A stretch of DNA of 64,000 nt. It comes from Alphaproteobacteria bacterium UBA3002. GTDB taxonomy: Bacteria; Pseudomonadota; Alphaproteobacteria; Rickettsiales; UBA3002. The translations under genes and the position numbers were made by a program. The first letter of the stretch is position 1. Each line of letters begins with the position of its first letter. Shown here in pieces: positions 52,813-61,417 of this stretch. Location: positions 45,835 to 109,834 of the forward strand of contig DDZS01000035.1 in the NCBI GenBank assembly GCA_002346425.1. The letters are read 5' to 3'. The notes beneath the pieces are model-generated. The model was not told the origin of the DNA. It saw only the letters and a program-made list of their open reading frames with translations, and ran no database searches.

Positions 52813-53283
52813 ATGCAAAACCAAAACCCATTTGCGCAATTCACGCAAAACAATCCGTTCGCGCAATTTGTGCAGAACAATCCTTTCGCTGAGCAGATGA
52901 AAAGCTATAGCGAATTTAAATCACCGAATTTCGATGTGAACCAAATGTTCTCATTTAGCCGTCGCAATGCGGAAGCTTTTTCTGCCGCTTCAAGCGTCAT
53001 GGTGGAAAGCATGCAAAATGTGTCGCGCAACCAAGCTGAAAACTTCCGCACCAATGTGGAAGAAATGCTGAAAACTGCCAAAGAAATGATGGGCAGCGGT
53101 TCACCGGAAATCAACACGACGCGCCAAGCCGAGTTGGCAAAATCACTGTTTGAAGCGTCTTTCAAAAACATGCGCGAAGCATCGGAAGCGATGACCAAGT
53201 CCGTGTTCGAAGCATCAGACGTGTTGAACAAACGCGCTGCTGAAAGCCTGGATGAGATCAGCACGATGTCTAAAGCCGCGTAA
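52813..53283 (+). CDS. phasin family protein (PHA granule-associated)
   Basis: Start at MQNQNPFAQF, with GGAAGGAG RBS upstream. The body is helical and Ala/Glu/Ser/Lys-rich, as in phasin_2 proteins. The longer ORF from 52753 lacks an RBS. Confidence 0.75.
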   Translation: MQNQNPFAQFTQNNPFAQFVQNNPFAEQMKSYSEFKSPNFDVNQMFSFSRRNAEAFSAASSVMVESMQNVSRNQAENFRTNVEEMLKTAKEMMGSGSPEINTTRQAELAKSLFEASFKNMREASEAMTKSVFEASDVLNKRAAESLDEISTMSKAA

Positions 53284-53304
53284 CGCGATTTCTACCTGGA
53301 TTCT

Positions 53305-53332
53305 AAGGGGAGCTTTTTAGCTCCCCTTTTTT
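53305..53332. terminator. bidirectional intrinsic terminator between the convergent phasin and kinase genes
   Basis: Stem aaggggagct / agctcccctt with loop tttt. T-run downstream on the + strand, A-run upstream (a T-run on the - strand). Confidence 0.75.
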
Positions 53333-54632
53333 ATTCTACCTGCTGTAATTCGATGGGCAGGTTGATGCTCACTTGCAGCCCACCTTTTTTCAGGTTACGC
53401 AGCTCAATCGTTCCCCCATGCGCTTGCACCGCATCGCGCGCGATACTCAGGCCCAAACCTGCGCCTCCGGTATCCTGATTACGCGACACATCTAGCCGGG
53501 TAAAAGGCTGGAAAATTTCTTCCATTTTTTCTTCCGGCACGCCTGGGCCTTCATCACTCACGCTGATAACGATATATTTCCCGTCACGCCGCGTGGTTAT
53601 ATCGGCTTTGCCGCCATAACGTAGCGCATTATCGATCAGATTATGCAGGGCCCGGGCCATCTGGTTACGGCGTATCGGCAGTTGCGCCTCGCTTTTTCCT
53701 TCAAAGGTCACCGGCTCTTCTTGCCGCTGATAGCGCTCAACCATCCGCGCGATAAACGCATCGATGTCTTCGACCTCAGCTGTTTCGCCAGACGCTCCGC
53801 GCGCGAAATCAAGATATTCATTGATCATGCGCTCCATCACGCCAATATCGTATGCCAGCGCCTCGGCCGCTTCCCCTTCCGGCATCATGGCAAGTTGCAG
53901 CTTCATGCGTGTCAGCGGCGTGCGCAAATCATGGCTAATGCCCGCCAGCATTTGCGTACGGGTGGTGACCTGCCGCTGTATCCGATTGCGCATCACCATA
54001 AAGGCGCGCCCGGCCTGCCGCACTTCCGCCGCCCCGCGCGGACGAAAGTCGGGAATATCATGGCCTAATCCAAACTTTTCTGCCGCTTCTGCCAGATTGC
54101 GAATCGGGCGAATCTGATTGCGAAGAAACAGTACCGCGATGGTCAGCAGAATCAGAGCCGATCCCACCATCCATAGCAGGAAGATATAGGTCGTAGAACT
54201 AACCAAACGTTTCTTATCGACCTCTACCACCAGCACGGTGTCAGGGGTCAGCACTGCAATTTCGATATCCTCGCGCGCGTCCAGCTGACGGATGGAAAAT
54301 GGCACGTCTAATTTGCGTGCCAGCAATGCGTAGAGTTCCGGATATTGCGCCTGCCCAATGCCGTCACTAAAGACCCGACTTCTATCCTGATGGATGCCAA
54401 AACCCATCCACTCCCCGGCTTCTTCAATCTCGCGATACGGTTTGCCCGCCTGCGCCATTTCACTGAGCAAGCGCACCTGCCCTGCGAGCGTGTTGGACAT
54501 ATTGCGGACAATGCTGTCCCAATGCCGTTCGTAAAACATGTAGATCGCGACCAGTTGTACCAGGATCGTGGGTAACACCAGAATCAGCAAAGCGCGCCCG
54601 AATAACGTATAGGGAAGCCAGCGTTTGCGCAT
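53331..54632 (-). CDS. EnvZ-like sensor histidine kinase (2 TM, HAMP, HisKA, HATPase_c)
   Basis: Two TM segments, a HAMP region, H-box ISHDLRTPLTR, and the N, G1 and G2 boxes (NLIDNALRYG, DEGPGV, GGAGLGLSI). Confidence 0.88.
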   Translation of the reverse strand: MRKRWLPYTLFGRALLILVLPTILVQLVAIYMFYERHWDSIVRNMSNTLAGQVRLLSEMAQAGKPYREIEEAGEWMGFGIHQDRSRVFSDGIGQAQYPELYALLARKLDVPFSIRQLDAREDIEIAVLTPDTVLVVEVDKKRLVSSTTYIFLLWMVGSALILLTIAVLFLRNQIRPIRNLAEAAEKFGLGHDIPDFRPRGAAEVRQAGRAFMVMRNRIQRQVTTRTQMLAGISHDLRTPLTRMKLQLAMMPEGEAAEALAYDIGVMERMINEYLDFARGASGETAEVEDIDAFIARMVERYQRQEEPVTFEGKSEAQLPIRRNQMARALHNLIDNALRYGGKADITTRRDGKYIVISVSDEGPGVPEEKMEEIFQPFTRLDVSRNQDTGGAGLGLSIARDAVQAHGGTIELRNLKKGGLQVSINLPIELQQVE

Positions 54633-55288
54633 CAGTTGACCCGTAATACATAGCCCGCGCCGCGCACGGTTTGTATGAAGCGTGGTTTCGGGCTATCCGG
54701 TTCCAGTTTTTTGCGCAAGCGATTGATTTGCACATCAATGCTGCGGTCCTGATCGTCGCCACCCGACAAGGCCGCGCGCGAGACGGGTTCCCCCGGCTGC
54801 TTCGCCAATAAATTAAGGAAATGGCGCTCGCTGTCGGTCAGATGCACGGGCTGATCTTCCTGCCATAACTCGCCCTGATTGACATCATACCGATAAGGCC
54901 CAAACATAATTTCCGACCGGCGCGGTGCAGCGCTGCGCAACAAATTATTTAACCGCAACACCAGCTCTTTTGGCTCAAAGGGCTTACTGAGATAATCGCG
55001 CGCCCCCGCTTCCAATCCTTCGATGCGCGCATCGGATTCTCCCATGGCTGTCAGCAATAGGATCGGCGCCTGTTTATCCGCGATCGCTTGCGTTAAGCTT
55101 AAACCATCTTCTCCGGGCATCATACGATCGACCACCAGTGCATCGAATTGCAGTAAAGAGAGTTTAGTGCGCGCCACCTGGGCATCTTCAGCGGTAACCA
55201 CAAAAAACCCCTGTTTCGACAAATAATCCTGTAACAATTTACGCAAGCGCGCATCGTCATCGACCACCAGAATATGCTTTTCATTCAT
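54632..55288 (-). CDS. OmpR-family response regulator
   Basis: Start at MNEKHILVVDDDARLRKLL (ATG at 55288, overlapping the smr stop as ATGA). Receiver D at VVDRMMPGEDG and a winged-helix C terminus (FIQTVRGAGYVL). Its stop overlaps the kinase start by 1 nt. Confidence 0.92.
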   Translation of the reverse strand: MNEKHILVVDDDARLRKLLQDYLSKQGFFVVTAEDAQVARTKLSLLQFDALVVDRMMPGEDGLSLTQAIADKQAPILLLTAMGESDARIEGLEAGARDYLSKPFEPKELVLRLNNLLRSAAPRRSEIMFGPYRYDVNQGELWQEDQPVHLTDSERHFLNLLAKQPGEPVSRAALSGGDDQDRSIDVQINRLRKKLEPDSPKPRFIQTVRGAGYVLRVN

Positions 55289-55794
55289 CGGCGTAATTTC
55301 CCTGCCTGTTTCAGTAGCAGATAAAATGCACCGCCGCCACCATGCTGCGGCCTGGCCTGATCGATGGATAACACCCATGGCCGCAAATCCGGCTCATTAA
55401 CCCAACGCGGCAGCAGGTTGCGTAACCGCCCTTCCTGATATTTGCCCTTGCCTGTAATCACCAACACCATGCGCGCGCCTTGCTTGCTTTGCGCGTGAAT
55501 GAATTCTTTAAAGAACACGTAAGCCTCCTCGGCATTCAGGCCATGCAGATCGATTCCGGCATCAATTGGGTGATGCCCGCGACGGACCCGGCGTTTGCGC
55601 GCAGTGTCGATATTGGCATATTCACCCGGTATCAAAGGGTCTAGCGCAGGTACAGCGCGCGGTTGCTGGCGCAGTGTTTTGTCGCGTGCGACTTCCGCCG
55701 TAAACGCATCCAAATCGAGTTTCGGGCGTTTCTGGCCAACGGCTTCTTGCCAGTGTTGCAACTCTTCAGCCGTTAGCTCACGTTCCCCCTTCAT
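55285..55794 (-). CDS. Smr (MutS2-like small) domain protein
   Basis: Smr motifs IDLHGL..EEA...L and VITGKG. ATG at 55794 overlaps the mltA stop (ATGA). Confidence 0.85.
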   Translation of the reverse strand: MKGERELTAEELQHWQEAVGQKRPKLDLDAFTAEVARDKTLRQQPRAVPALDPLIPGEYANIDTARKRRVRRGHHPIDAGIDLHGLNAEEAYVFFKEFIHAQSKQGARMVLVITGKGKYQEGRLRNLLPRWVNEPDLRPWVLSIDQARPQHGGGGAFYLLLKQAGKLRR

Positions 55795-56825
55795 GGCAAT
55801 AACAGCGTCCACACTCCCGGAGATTGTTGGTGGCCAGCCAGTCGCGCCGCCACCTCGCCCGTGCCAAAAAAGATGTCTCCGCGCAACGGGCCTTTGATCG
55901 CTGTGCCGGTATCCTGCGCGACCATTAATTGCGCGAAGCGGCGACCATCATGTAGCTGCGTTTCTATAAACACCGGCAATCCGAGTGGAAAAAAGGCCGG
56001 ATCGACGGCTAGCGACTGTCCCGGTGTCAGCGGTACATTTTGCGCCCCTTTCGGCATTTCGTCTGCCGCTTCCCGCGTGAAGAACACGTAAGACGCATTT
56101 TCCTGCATCAATGCCTGCGATTGATCGGGATGCCGTTCCAGCCAATCCCGAATCGCCTGCATAGACATGTCTTCCTTGGCTACCTCGCCCCGCGCGATTA
56201 AGATTCGCCCGATGGGGGTATAGGGCTGCTCGCTCTTCGCTGCAAATTGCAATTTCCGTCGCGTCCCATCTGGCAAACGGATAAAACCGGACCCCTGAAT
56301 CTGTAAAAAGAAACGGTCAATCGGGCTTTGCAACCACGCTAAAATCGGTGCTTTTCCTGCGAGCGCGCCTGCGTCAATCGCCTTACGCGAAAGGTGTTTA
56401 TAGGGAACTGTCGGCACCCCATAGACGGGAACCGTATGCTGCGCGTCTTTCTGTAAAGCCGCCGAAAAATCCGGAATGAAATAGCCCGTCAGCAAGCCCG
56501 GCTCCTCCGCTGTCATCTGATAAAACCGGAATTCATTTTCAAAAAACCGCTTCGCATCCGTGGTTGTTTTCGCCTTGGTACACGCGGATTGCCAGCGGGC
56601 TTGCGGTACATAGGGTTGCAAATGGGGGGGTATGGTTTTACTGGCAATACAAGAGCGCTTAAAGGCGTTAAGGGCTGCCGCATGATTTGTTGACGCCCAA
56701 TCCGCAGGCAACTTCGCTGGCGTTAGGGTTACCGCTTGTGCGGGTAAGGCACACAAAAACAATAGCCCAAAGACGACCCCGCGCAGCCCCAGCCGCGCCG
56801 GGTTTACATGTCGACGATGGTCCAA
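55791..56825 (-). CDS. mltA: murein transglycosylase A
   Basis: Signal peptide, MltA domain (GYF.P...A, LQIQGSG.I.L.DG) and 3D domain (VAQDTGTAIKGPLRGDIFFGTG). Confidence 0.9.
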   Translation of the reverse strand: MDHRRHVNPARLGLRGVVFGLLFLCALPAQAVTLTPAKLPADWASTNHAAALNAFKRSCIASKTIPPHLQPYVPQARWQSACTKAKTTTDAKRFFENEFRFYQMTAEEPGLLTGYFIPDFSAALQKDAQHTVPVYGVPTVPYKHLSRKAIDAGALAGKAPILAWLQSPIDRFFLQIQGSGFIRLPDGTRRKLQFAAKSEQPYTPIGRILIARGEVAKEDMSMQAIRDWLERHPDQSQALMQENASYVFFTREAADEMPKGAQNVPLTPGQSLAVDPAFFPLGLPVFIETQLHDGRRFAQLMVAQDTGTAIKGPLRGDIFFGTGEVAARLAGHQQSPGVWTLLLP

Positions 56826-57484
56826 TTCGGATTGCGCGACTTTAAGTTGCGCTCAAACTGCCATTCGTCTGAGACATCCTCAACGAGTGAGGCATCCCCT
56901 TCAATGATTTTCCCTTGTTTGTCTTTTACCACATGAATCTGCTCGGTCAGAAACGCAACGGTAATACGCATTGTGCTGCCTTGGGTCGTCACATCGCGCA
57001 AATCAGCTTCTTTAATGGCGACCAACGTGGTTAGCGTTTTGGTATCGCTCGCCTCGGCCTTTTTCAGATCATCATCAAACGATGCATAGAGGTCTTTGTT
57101 CAACAGCATTTTAAGCGTATCGCGGTCGCCTTCGTTATAGGCTTGCAATACCATCTCCAGCGCCTGCTTCGCGCCTTGCAGGAAACTATCGAGCGTGAAA
57201 GATGGGTCGACGGCTTTTGCCTCTTCCAGCTCTGTACGCAATTTCGTATCTTCGACTTTTTTCAGGCTCTCGTCTTCTGGTAGAATAATTTCTACCTCAT
57301 CCGCCTGTGGCATATCATACAGCTGCACCACTTTCTCGCGTGAGGACGGATGCCGCGTGCCATTGGCTTTCGGCGTAACGTCATGCCCGCGCTTTTCCCC
57401 GAGCATGCTGCGATAACGCAGAATGATAAAAGCGGCTATCGCCGCGATGACGATGATATCGCCATATGCAAATCCGTCTGACAT
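56804..57484 (-). CDS. Tim44-like domain protein (membrane anchored)
   Basis: N-terminal TM (IIVIAAIAAFIIL) and a C-terminal Tim44-like domain ending WQFERNLKSRNPNWTIVD. It occupies the conserved position between mltA and secB. Confidence 0.8.
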   Translation of the reverse strand: MSDGFAYGDIIVIAAIAAFIILRYRSMLGEKRGHDVTPKANGTRHPSSREKVVQLYDMPQADEVEIILPEDESLKKVEDTKLRTELEEAKAVDPSFTLDSFLQGAKQALEMVLQAYNEGDRDTLKMLLNKDLYASFDDDLKKAEASDTKTLTTLVAIKEADLRDVTTQGSTMRITVAFLTEQIHVVKDKQGKIIEGDASLVEDVSDEWQFERNLKSRNPNWTIVDM

Positions 57485-57604
57485 AAGGTCCTACTTTAGT
57501 TTTTACCGGCTTCGACGGATTGCGAATTGATTTCACAGCCCGAATCTATTACATCGCAGCATATAAGAGAATTAGCCGTTGAATCAAGGCAAAGGAGCAT
57601 GAGT

Positions 57605-58072
57605 ATGAATGATCAGGCCACGCAACCGCAGATGCTTTCACTGCGCGGACAATATATTAAGGACATTTCTTTTGAGAATCCGCGGGCGCCGCAAAGCCTG
57701 CTGAACCTGAAAGAGCCGCCGGCGATTGAGATTAATGTCGATCTGAGCGCGCAGCGCCTGCAGGATAATATGTTCGAATTGACCATGCATATCGGGGCGC
57801 GGGCTAGTCAGGATAAAACGACTGTGTTCCTAACCGATCTCGCTTATGGCGGCATTTTTGACGTTCCCGGCGATGAGAATACCGATTTTGAGCGACTGGT
57901 ATTAGTGGATTGCGCCTATATGCTGTTCCCTTTCGCGCGCCGTATTGTGGCAGAAATCACGCGCGATGGTGGGTTCCCCCCGTTACAGATTGAACCGGTC
58001 AATTTCGCCGGACTTTATGAACAAAATAAAGGCAATATTCAGCGCGCTGCCCCACAAGCTGCGGCGGAGTAA
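57605..58072 (+). CDS. secB: protein-export chaperone SecB
   Basis: YIKDISFENP, LFPFARRIVAEITRDGGFPPL. The ATG at 57605 has GGAG 7 nt upstream; the ATG at 57599 is also possible. Confidence 0.92.
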   Translation: MNDQATQPQMLSLRGQYIKDISFENPRAPQSLLNLKEPPAIEINVDLSAQRLQDNMFELTMHIGARASQDKTTVFLTDLAYGGIFDVPGDENTDFERLVLVDCAYMLFPFARRIVAEITRDGGFPPLQIEPVNFAGLYEQNKGNIQRAAPQAAAE

Positions 58073-58075
58073 TCC

Positions 58076-58756
58076 TCAGCCAAGCTTCGCCCAAATTGGG
58101 TCGTTCAACTGTTCTAAAAATTGCAGATGGGCTTTAATCTCTTCCGGGCTAACCTCGAAATGCCGTTCGGGCAAATCATAGGCATGCGGCATGGCGGTCG
58201 TTTCTTTTTCCGCTCGGACCTCGGCCTGTAGCGCCAATCCCGATTGCCGCCCACCGCGCAATTCCAGATAAACGTCCGCTAGTAACTCCGCATCTAGCAG
58301 TGCGCCGTGCTTGGTCCGTGCGCTCAAATCAATCCCGAAACGTCGGCATAAGGCATCCAAATTGGCTGGCTGCCCGGGGAATGCCGCGCGCGCCATCTGC
58401 ACCGTATCCACCGCTTGCGCCATCGACAATTTGCGTTTGCCAAGCCACTCCAGCTCAGCATTCAGAAATTTCATATCAAACGCTGCATTGTGAATGACCA
58501 GCGGATCTGAACCGATGAATTCCAGAAAACTATCGGCGATATCTTTGAATAAAGGCTTGTCGGATAGGAAGGCAGAAGACAATCCATGAATCCGCTCCGC
58601 TTCTTCCGGCATGTCCCGCTCGGGATTCAGATAAATATGAAAATGGTTGCCGGTGCGGATATGGTTCTGCATCTCCACCGCGCCGATTTCGACCACCCGA
58701 TGCCCGCTATAGGGGTCTAGCCCAGTGGTTTCCGTATCTAACGCTATCTCACGCAT
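58076..58756 (-). CDS. dnaQ: DNA polymerase III subunit epsilon (3'-5' proofreading exonuclease)
   Basis: Exo I DTETTG, Exo II HNAAFD and Exo [11 protein letters not shown] motifs. Confidence 0.95.
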   Translation of the reverse strand: MREIALDTETTGLDPYSGHRVVEIGAVEMQNHIRTGNHFHIYLNPERDMPEEAERIHGLSSAFLSDKPLFKDIADSFLEFIGSDPLVIHNAAFDMKFLNAELEWLGKRKLSMAQAVDTVQMARAAFPGQPANLDALCRRFGIDLSARTKHGALLDAELLADVYLELRGGRQSGLALQAEVRAEKETTAMPHAYDLPERHFEVSPEEIKAHLQFLEQLNDPIWAKLG

Positions 58757-58783
58757 TCGTTTTCTTTCGGCTGTCTTGTTACC

Positions 58784-59362
58784 CTAACCGATGCTTGTAA
58801 GCACCCGTTTCACTTCGCGTATGGTAACGCCTTTTCCCTGATGGGTGGGTATGACAAAATCGCTTCTGTGGATGCGCAGCGCATGGCCCATTTGTTTAGA
58901 TAGGATACCGGAGAGTTTTTTCTCACTCATGCCCGGTCTCCGCATGGCGCGTTGCCATTGAATAAAGGTGGGGCAATAGGTGGTGATGGTATAATCGCAT
59001 AACGCATCGGCGCCGGTTTCAAATAAAAGCGGGATATCGAGCAGAATTAACCGGCGGTGATTGCGACGTTGTTGGCGAATGAACGCATGCTCCTTCGCCC
59101 GCACTGCCGGATGTAACATATTTTCCAACTGACGAAGCGCTGCCGCATCCTGAAAGACCCGCGCGCCTAATAGTTTTCGGTCGATGTGATTATTCTTCAC
59201 CGCCTCTGGAAACGCGTCGGATACTTCGTAAAAACATTCGTGCTGCAGCAAATGATGCACGGTTAGATCGGCATCGAATATCGGCACGTTGTGGCGGGCA
59301 AACATCCGGCTAACGGTGGTTTTTCCTGTGGCGATGCCACCGGTCAATCCTAAGATGATCAC
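58784..59362 (-). CDS. coaE: dephospho-CoA kinase
   Basis: GLTGGIATGKTT P-loop; 192 aa; overlaps the aroE stop by 4 nt. Confidence 0.93.
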   Translation of the reverse strand: MIILGLTGGIATGKTTVSRMFARHNVPIFDADLTVHHLLQHECFYEVSDAFPEAVKNNHIDRKLLGARVFQDAAALRQLENMLHPAVRAKEHAFIRQQRRNHRRLILLDIPLLFETGADALCDYTITTYCPTFIQWQRAMRRPGMSEKKLSGILSKQMGHALRIHRSDFVIPTHQGKGVTIREVKRVLTSIG

Positions 59363-60192
59363 AGCGATGCTTCCAGCAAAGAAAGCACGTCCTCATCCAC
59401 GTGCGGCCGCGCACCGAACCATAGCTCAAACCCGGGCACCCCTTGATGAGCCAGCATGCCAACACCGGTGACAATCGGATTGCCGCGTGCGTCTGCTGCT
59501 TTTAGTAGACCGGTCATCAGCGGTTTATAAACAATGTCGGTGACGAGCGCGTCTTTCGGCAAAGCATCCAGCGCAAAGGGCCATGGCGCATCGTCCCCCA
59601 TGCCCAAACTGGACGTGTTCACTAACAAAGTCGTTTCTGCCATTGCCGCTTCGGTTTCCGCCCAGTCCAGTGTTTCACATGGAACACCAAAATGTTCGGC
59701 GAGTGCATCGGCACGGGAACGGGTACGATTGGCAATCAGGATTTTTTGGAATCCCTCCTGTTGCAACGCATAAATAATTGCGCGCGAAGCGCCACCTGCC
59801 CCAATAACCAGCGCCTGCTGTTTAAACCGTGATAAATCGTGGTGATGGTATTTCAGATTCTGTAAAAATCCTTCGGCATCGGTATTGGTCGCGTAGATCG
59901 TCTCGTCCGAGTTAAACTGCAACGTGTTGACTGCACCGATGGCTTTCGCGGTTTCACTGATATCCTGCACCAATGCCATTGCTGCTTCTTTATGTGGAAT
60001 CGTCAAATTACATCCCACAAATCCTAGCTTCGGCATGGCAAGCAACACATCTTTCAAATCGTCCGGTTTGATTTCCATGGGAAGATACATGCCAGGTATA
60101 CCCATGGTCTGTAGCCAGTAATTATGCATGGGCGGAGAAAGTGATTGTTTGATCGGATAGCCGAGTACTGCGGCTGTGGGTAGTTGCATCAT
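59359..60192 (-). CDS. aroE: shikimate dehydrogenase
   Basis: GYPIKQSLSP.MHN, NLTIPHKE, GAGGASRA and NRT motifs. Confidence 0.93.
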   Translation of the reverse strand: MMQLPTAAVLGYPIKQSLSPPMHNYWLQTMGIPGMYLPMEIKPDDLKDVLLAMPKLGFVGCNLTIPHKEAAMALVQDISETAKAIGAVNTLQFNSDETIYATNTDAEGFLQNLKYHHHDLSRFKQQALVIGAGGASRAIIYALQQEGFQKILIANRTRSRADALAEHFGVPCETLDWAETEAAMAETTLLVNTSSLGMGDDAPWPFALDALPKDALVTDIVYKPLMTGLLKAADARGNPIVTGVGMLAHQGVPGFELWFGARPHVDEDVLSLLEASL

Positions 60193-61019
60193 TGGCTTAA
60201 GCGCTCCAACTGTTTACGCCGGTAGTTGATAATCAGTGCCGCGGTTTCTTCCACCGAGCGGCGCGTCACATCGATCATCGGCCACCCCTGTTTGCGATAT
60301 ACTTTTTTCGACGCGTCGATTTCCGCCTGCACTTCTTCGCTGTCGACATAATTCGAATCCTGCTGGTCTAACGAAAGCAATCGGCTTTTGCGAATTTGCA
60401 GTAAGCGATCCAGACTGATGGTAAGACCCACGATCAAAGGTGGGCGCCGAAGGTCATGAAGTTGAAAGAGTTTTTCCGGTAATTCGATGCCGCCGACGAA
60501 TGGAATATTAGCGGCCTTATAACCGCGGTTCGCCAGATAAATACAGGTCGGCGATTTTGATGTGCGCGACACACCGACCACGATAATATCGGCCGATTCC
60601 AATTCCCAATGGCCCTGCCCATCATCATGCGCCAGCGTGTAATCGATCGCGGCCACGCGTTCATAATAATCATCGCCCAGCTCATGTTGCTGTCCGGGTT
60701 TTTGTGAGGCTTCCATATTCAGATAGGCGGATATCTCACGGATCACTGGCCCTAAAATGGGGATGCAGGGCAAGCGGCGTTCATTACAGCCGCGGCGCAA
60801 TGCTTCGCGCAGGTCCGGGTTGACTAACGTATACATCACGACGCCCGGATTGGCATCGAGCGATTGCAGCACTTTTTCCAACTGGCCTTTGGTGCGCACC
60901 AGCGTCCAGATATGTTCCTGCACTTCGACCTGATCAAATTGCGCCATCGCCGCGCGCGATACGCTGGAAACCGTTTCTCCGGTAGAATCCGAAACGAGGT
61001 GCAAATGAAAATCTTCCAT
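60189..61019 (-). CDS. pyruvate, phosphate dikinase / PEP synthase regulatory protein (PDRP, DUF299)
   Basis: HLVSDSTGET and P-loop-like GVSRTSKSPT; 276 aa. It is the first gene of the aroE-coaE-dnaQ operon. Confidence 0.9.
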   Translation of the reverse strand: MEDFHLHLVSDSTGETVSSVSRAAMAQFDQVEVQEHIWTLVRTKGQLEKVLQSLDANPGVVMYTLVNPDLREALRRGCNERRLPCIPILGPVIREISAYLNMEASQKPGQQHELGDDYYERVAAIDYTLAHDDGQGHWELESADIIVVGVSRTSKSPTCIYLANRGYKAANIPFVGGIELPEKLFQLHDLRRPPLIVGLTISLDRLLQIRKSRLLSLDQQDSNYVDSEEVQAEIDASKKVYRKQGWPMIDVTRRSVEETAALIINYRRKQLERLSQ

Positions 61020-61417
61020 GCCCTCAACTTAACCGGGCTTGTGTATAAAGGCGAGTATAGATCAACGCATAAACCTGTGCTTGGAACTGTGTGCAGATTA
61101 TTTGTCGCTTTTATGTGTATATCCTACGGTCTTTCCCCGGGCGTTATCCCCATTAGCGCATGCGTTTTTCTCACACAGGCATAACTTCCATCCACCCCTT
61201 TATGGAATTTTTATATTTTTCTCTTTTCGCTTTATATTCCAGTTTGCTTGGTCCCAGCTCCTCATATTTTGGATAGCAGTTATACGTAATGTTTTCCACG
61301 CGGATAGTTTCGTGGATAACCTGATAGCAAACGCTCATCCCCATAATTCCTCCCCCCAATAAACAACAAAATCTTTTCTATTATCTTTATTATTATTTTG
61401 GGTTAAGCCTTCGAACC
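61020..61417. other. candidate chromosomal replication origin (oriC)
   Basis: This is the largest non-coding gap in the window and is markedly AT-rich. It lies between the divergent DUF299/PDRP and hemE genes, the arrangement known for Caulobacter Cori. DnaA-box-like 9-mers: TTATACACA (61040-61048, -), ATATACACA (61114-61122, -), TTATCCCCA (61144-61152, +), CTATCCAAA (61268-61276, -), TTTTCCACG (61292-61300, +), TTATCCACG (61311-61319, -). AT tracts lie at 61201-61240 and 61358-61400. Confidence 0.6.
61171..61344 (-). CDS. possible small ORF (57 aa) inside the AT-rich gap; may be spurious
   Basis: GGAGG at 61349-61353 lies 4 nt before the ATG at 61344 and 10 nt before the ATG at 61338. The reading frame is open for 57 codons despite AT-rich sequence. 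No family is recognised, and it overlaps the DnaA-box-like cluster. Confidence 0.25.
   Translation of the reverse strand: MGMSVCYQVIHETIRVENITYNCYPKYEELGPSKLEYKAKREKYKNSIKGWMEVMPV

Noticed and set aside
61039-61362. 107 aa TTG-initiated ORF on the + strand in the AT-rich gap
   Set aside because: It has no SD. The Phe/Ile-rich hydrophobic sequence is what a T-rich strand yields by chance, and the region is better explained as an origin or promoter region.
61020-61417. CtrA boxes (TTAA-N7-TTAA) and CcrM GANTC sites in the putative origin
   Set aside because: I searched by eye. Only isolated TTAA half-sites were found (61029, 61403) without a correctly spaced partner, so no claim is made.
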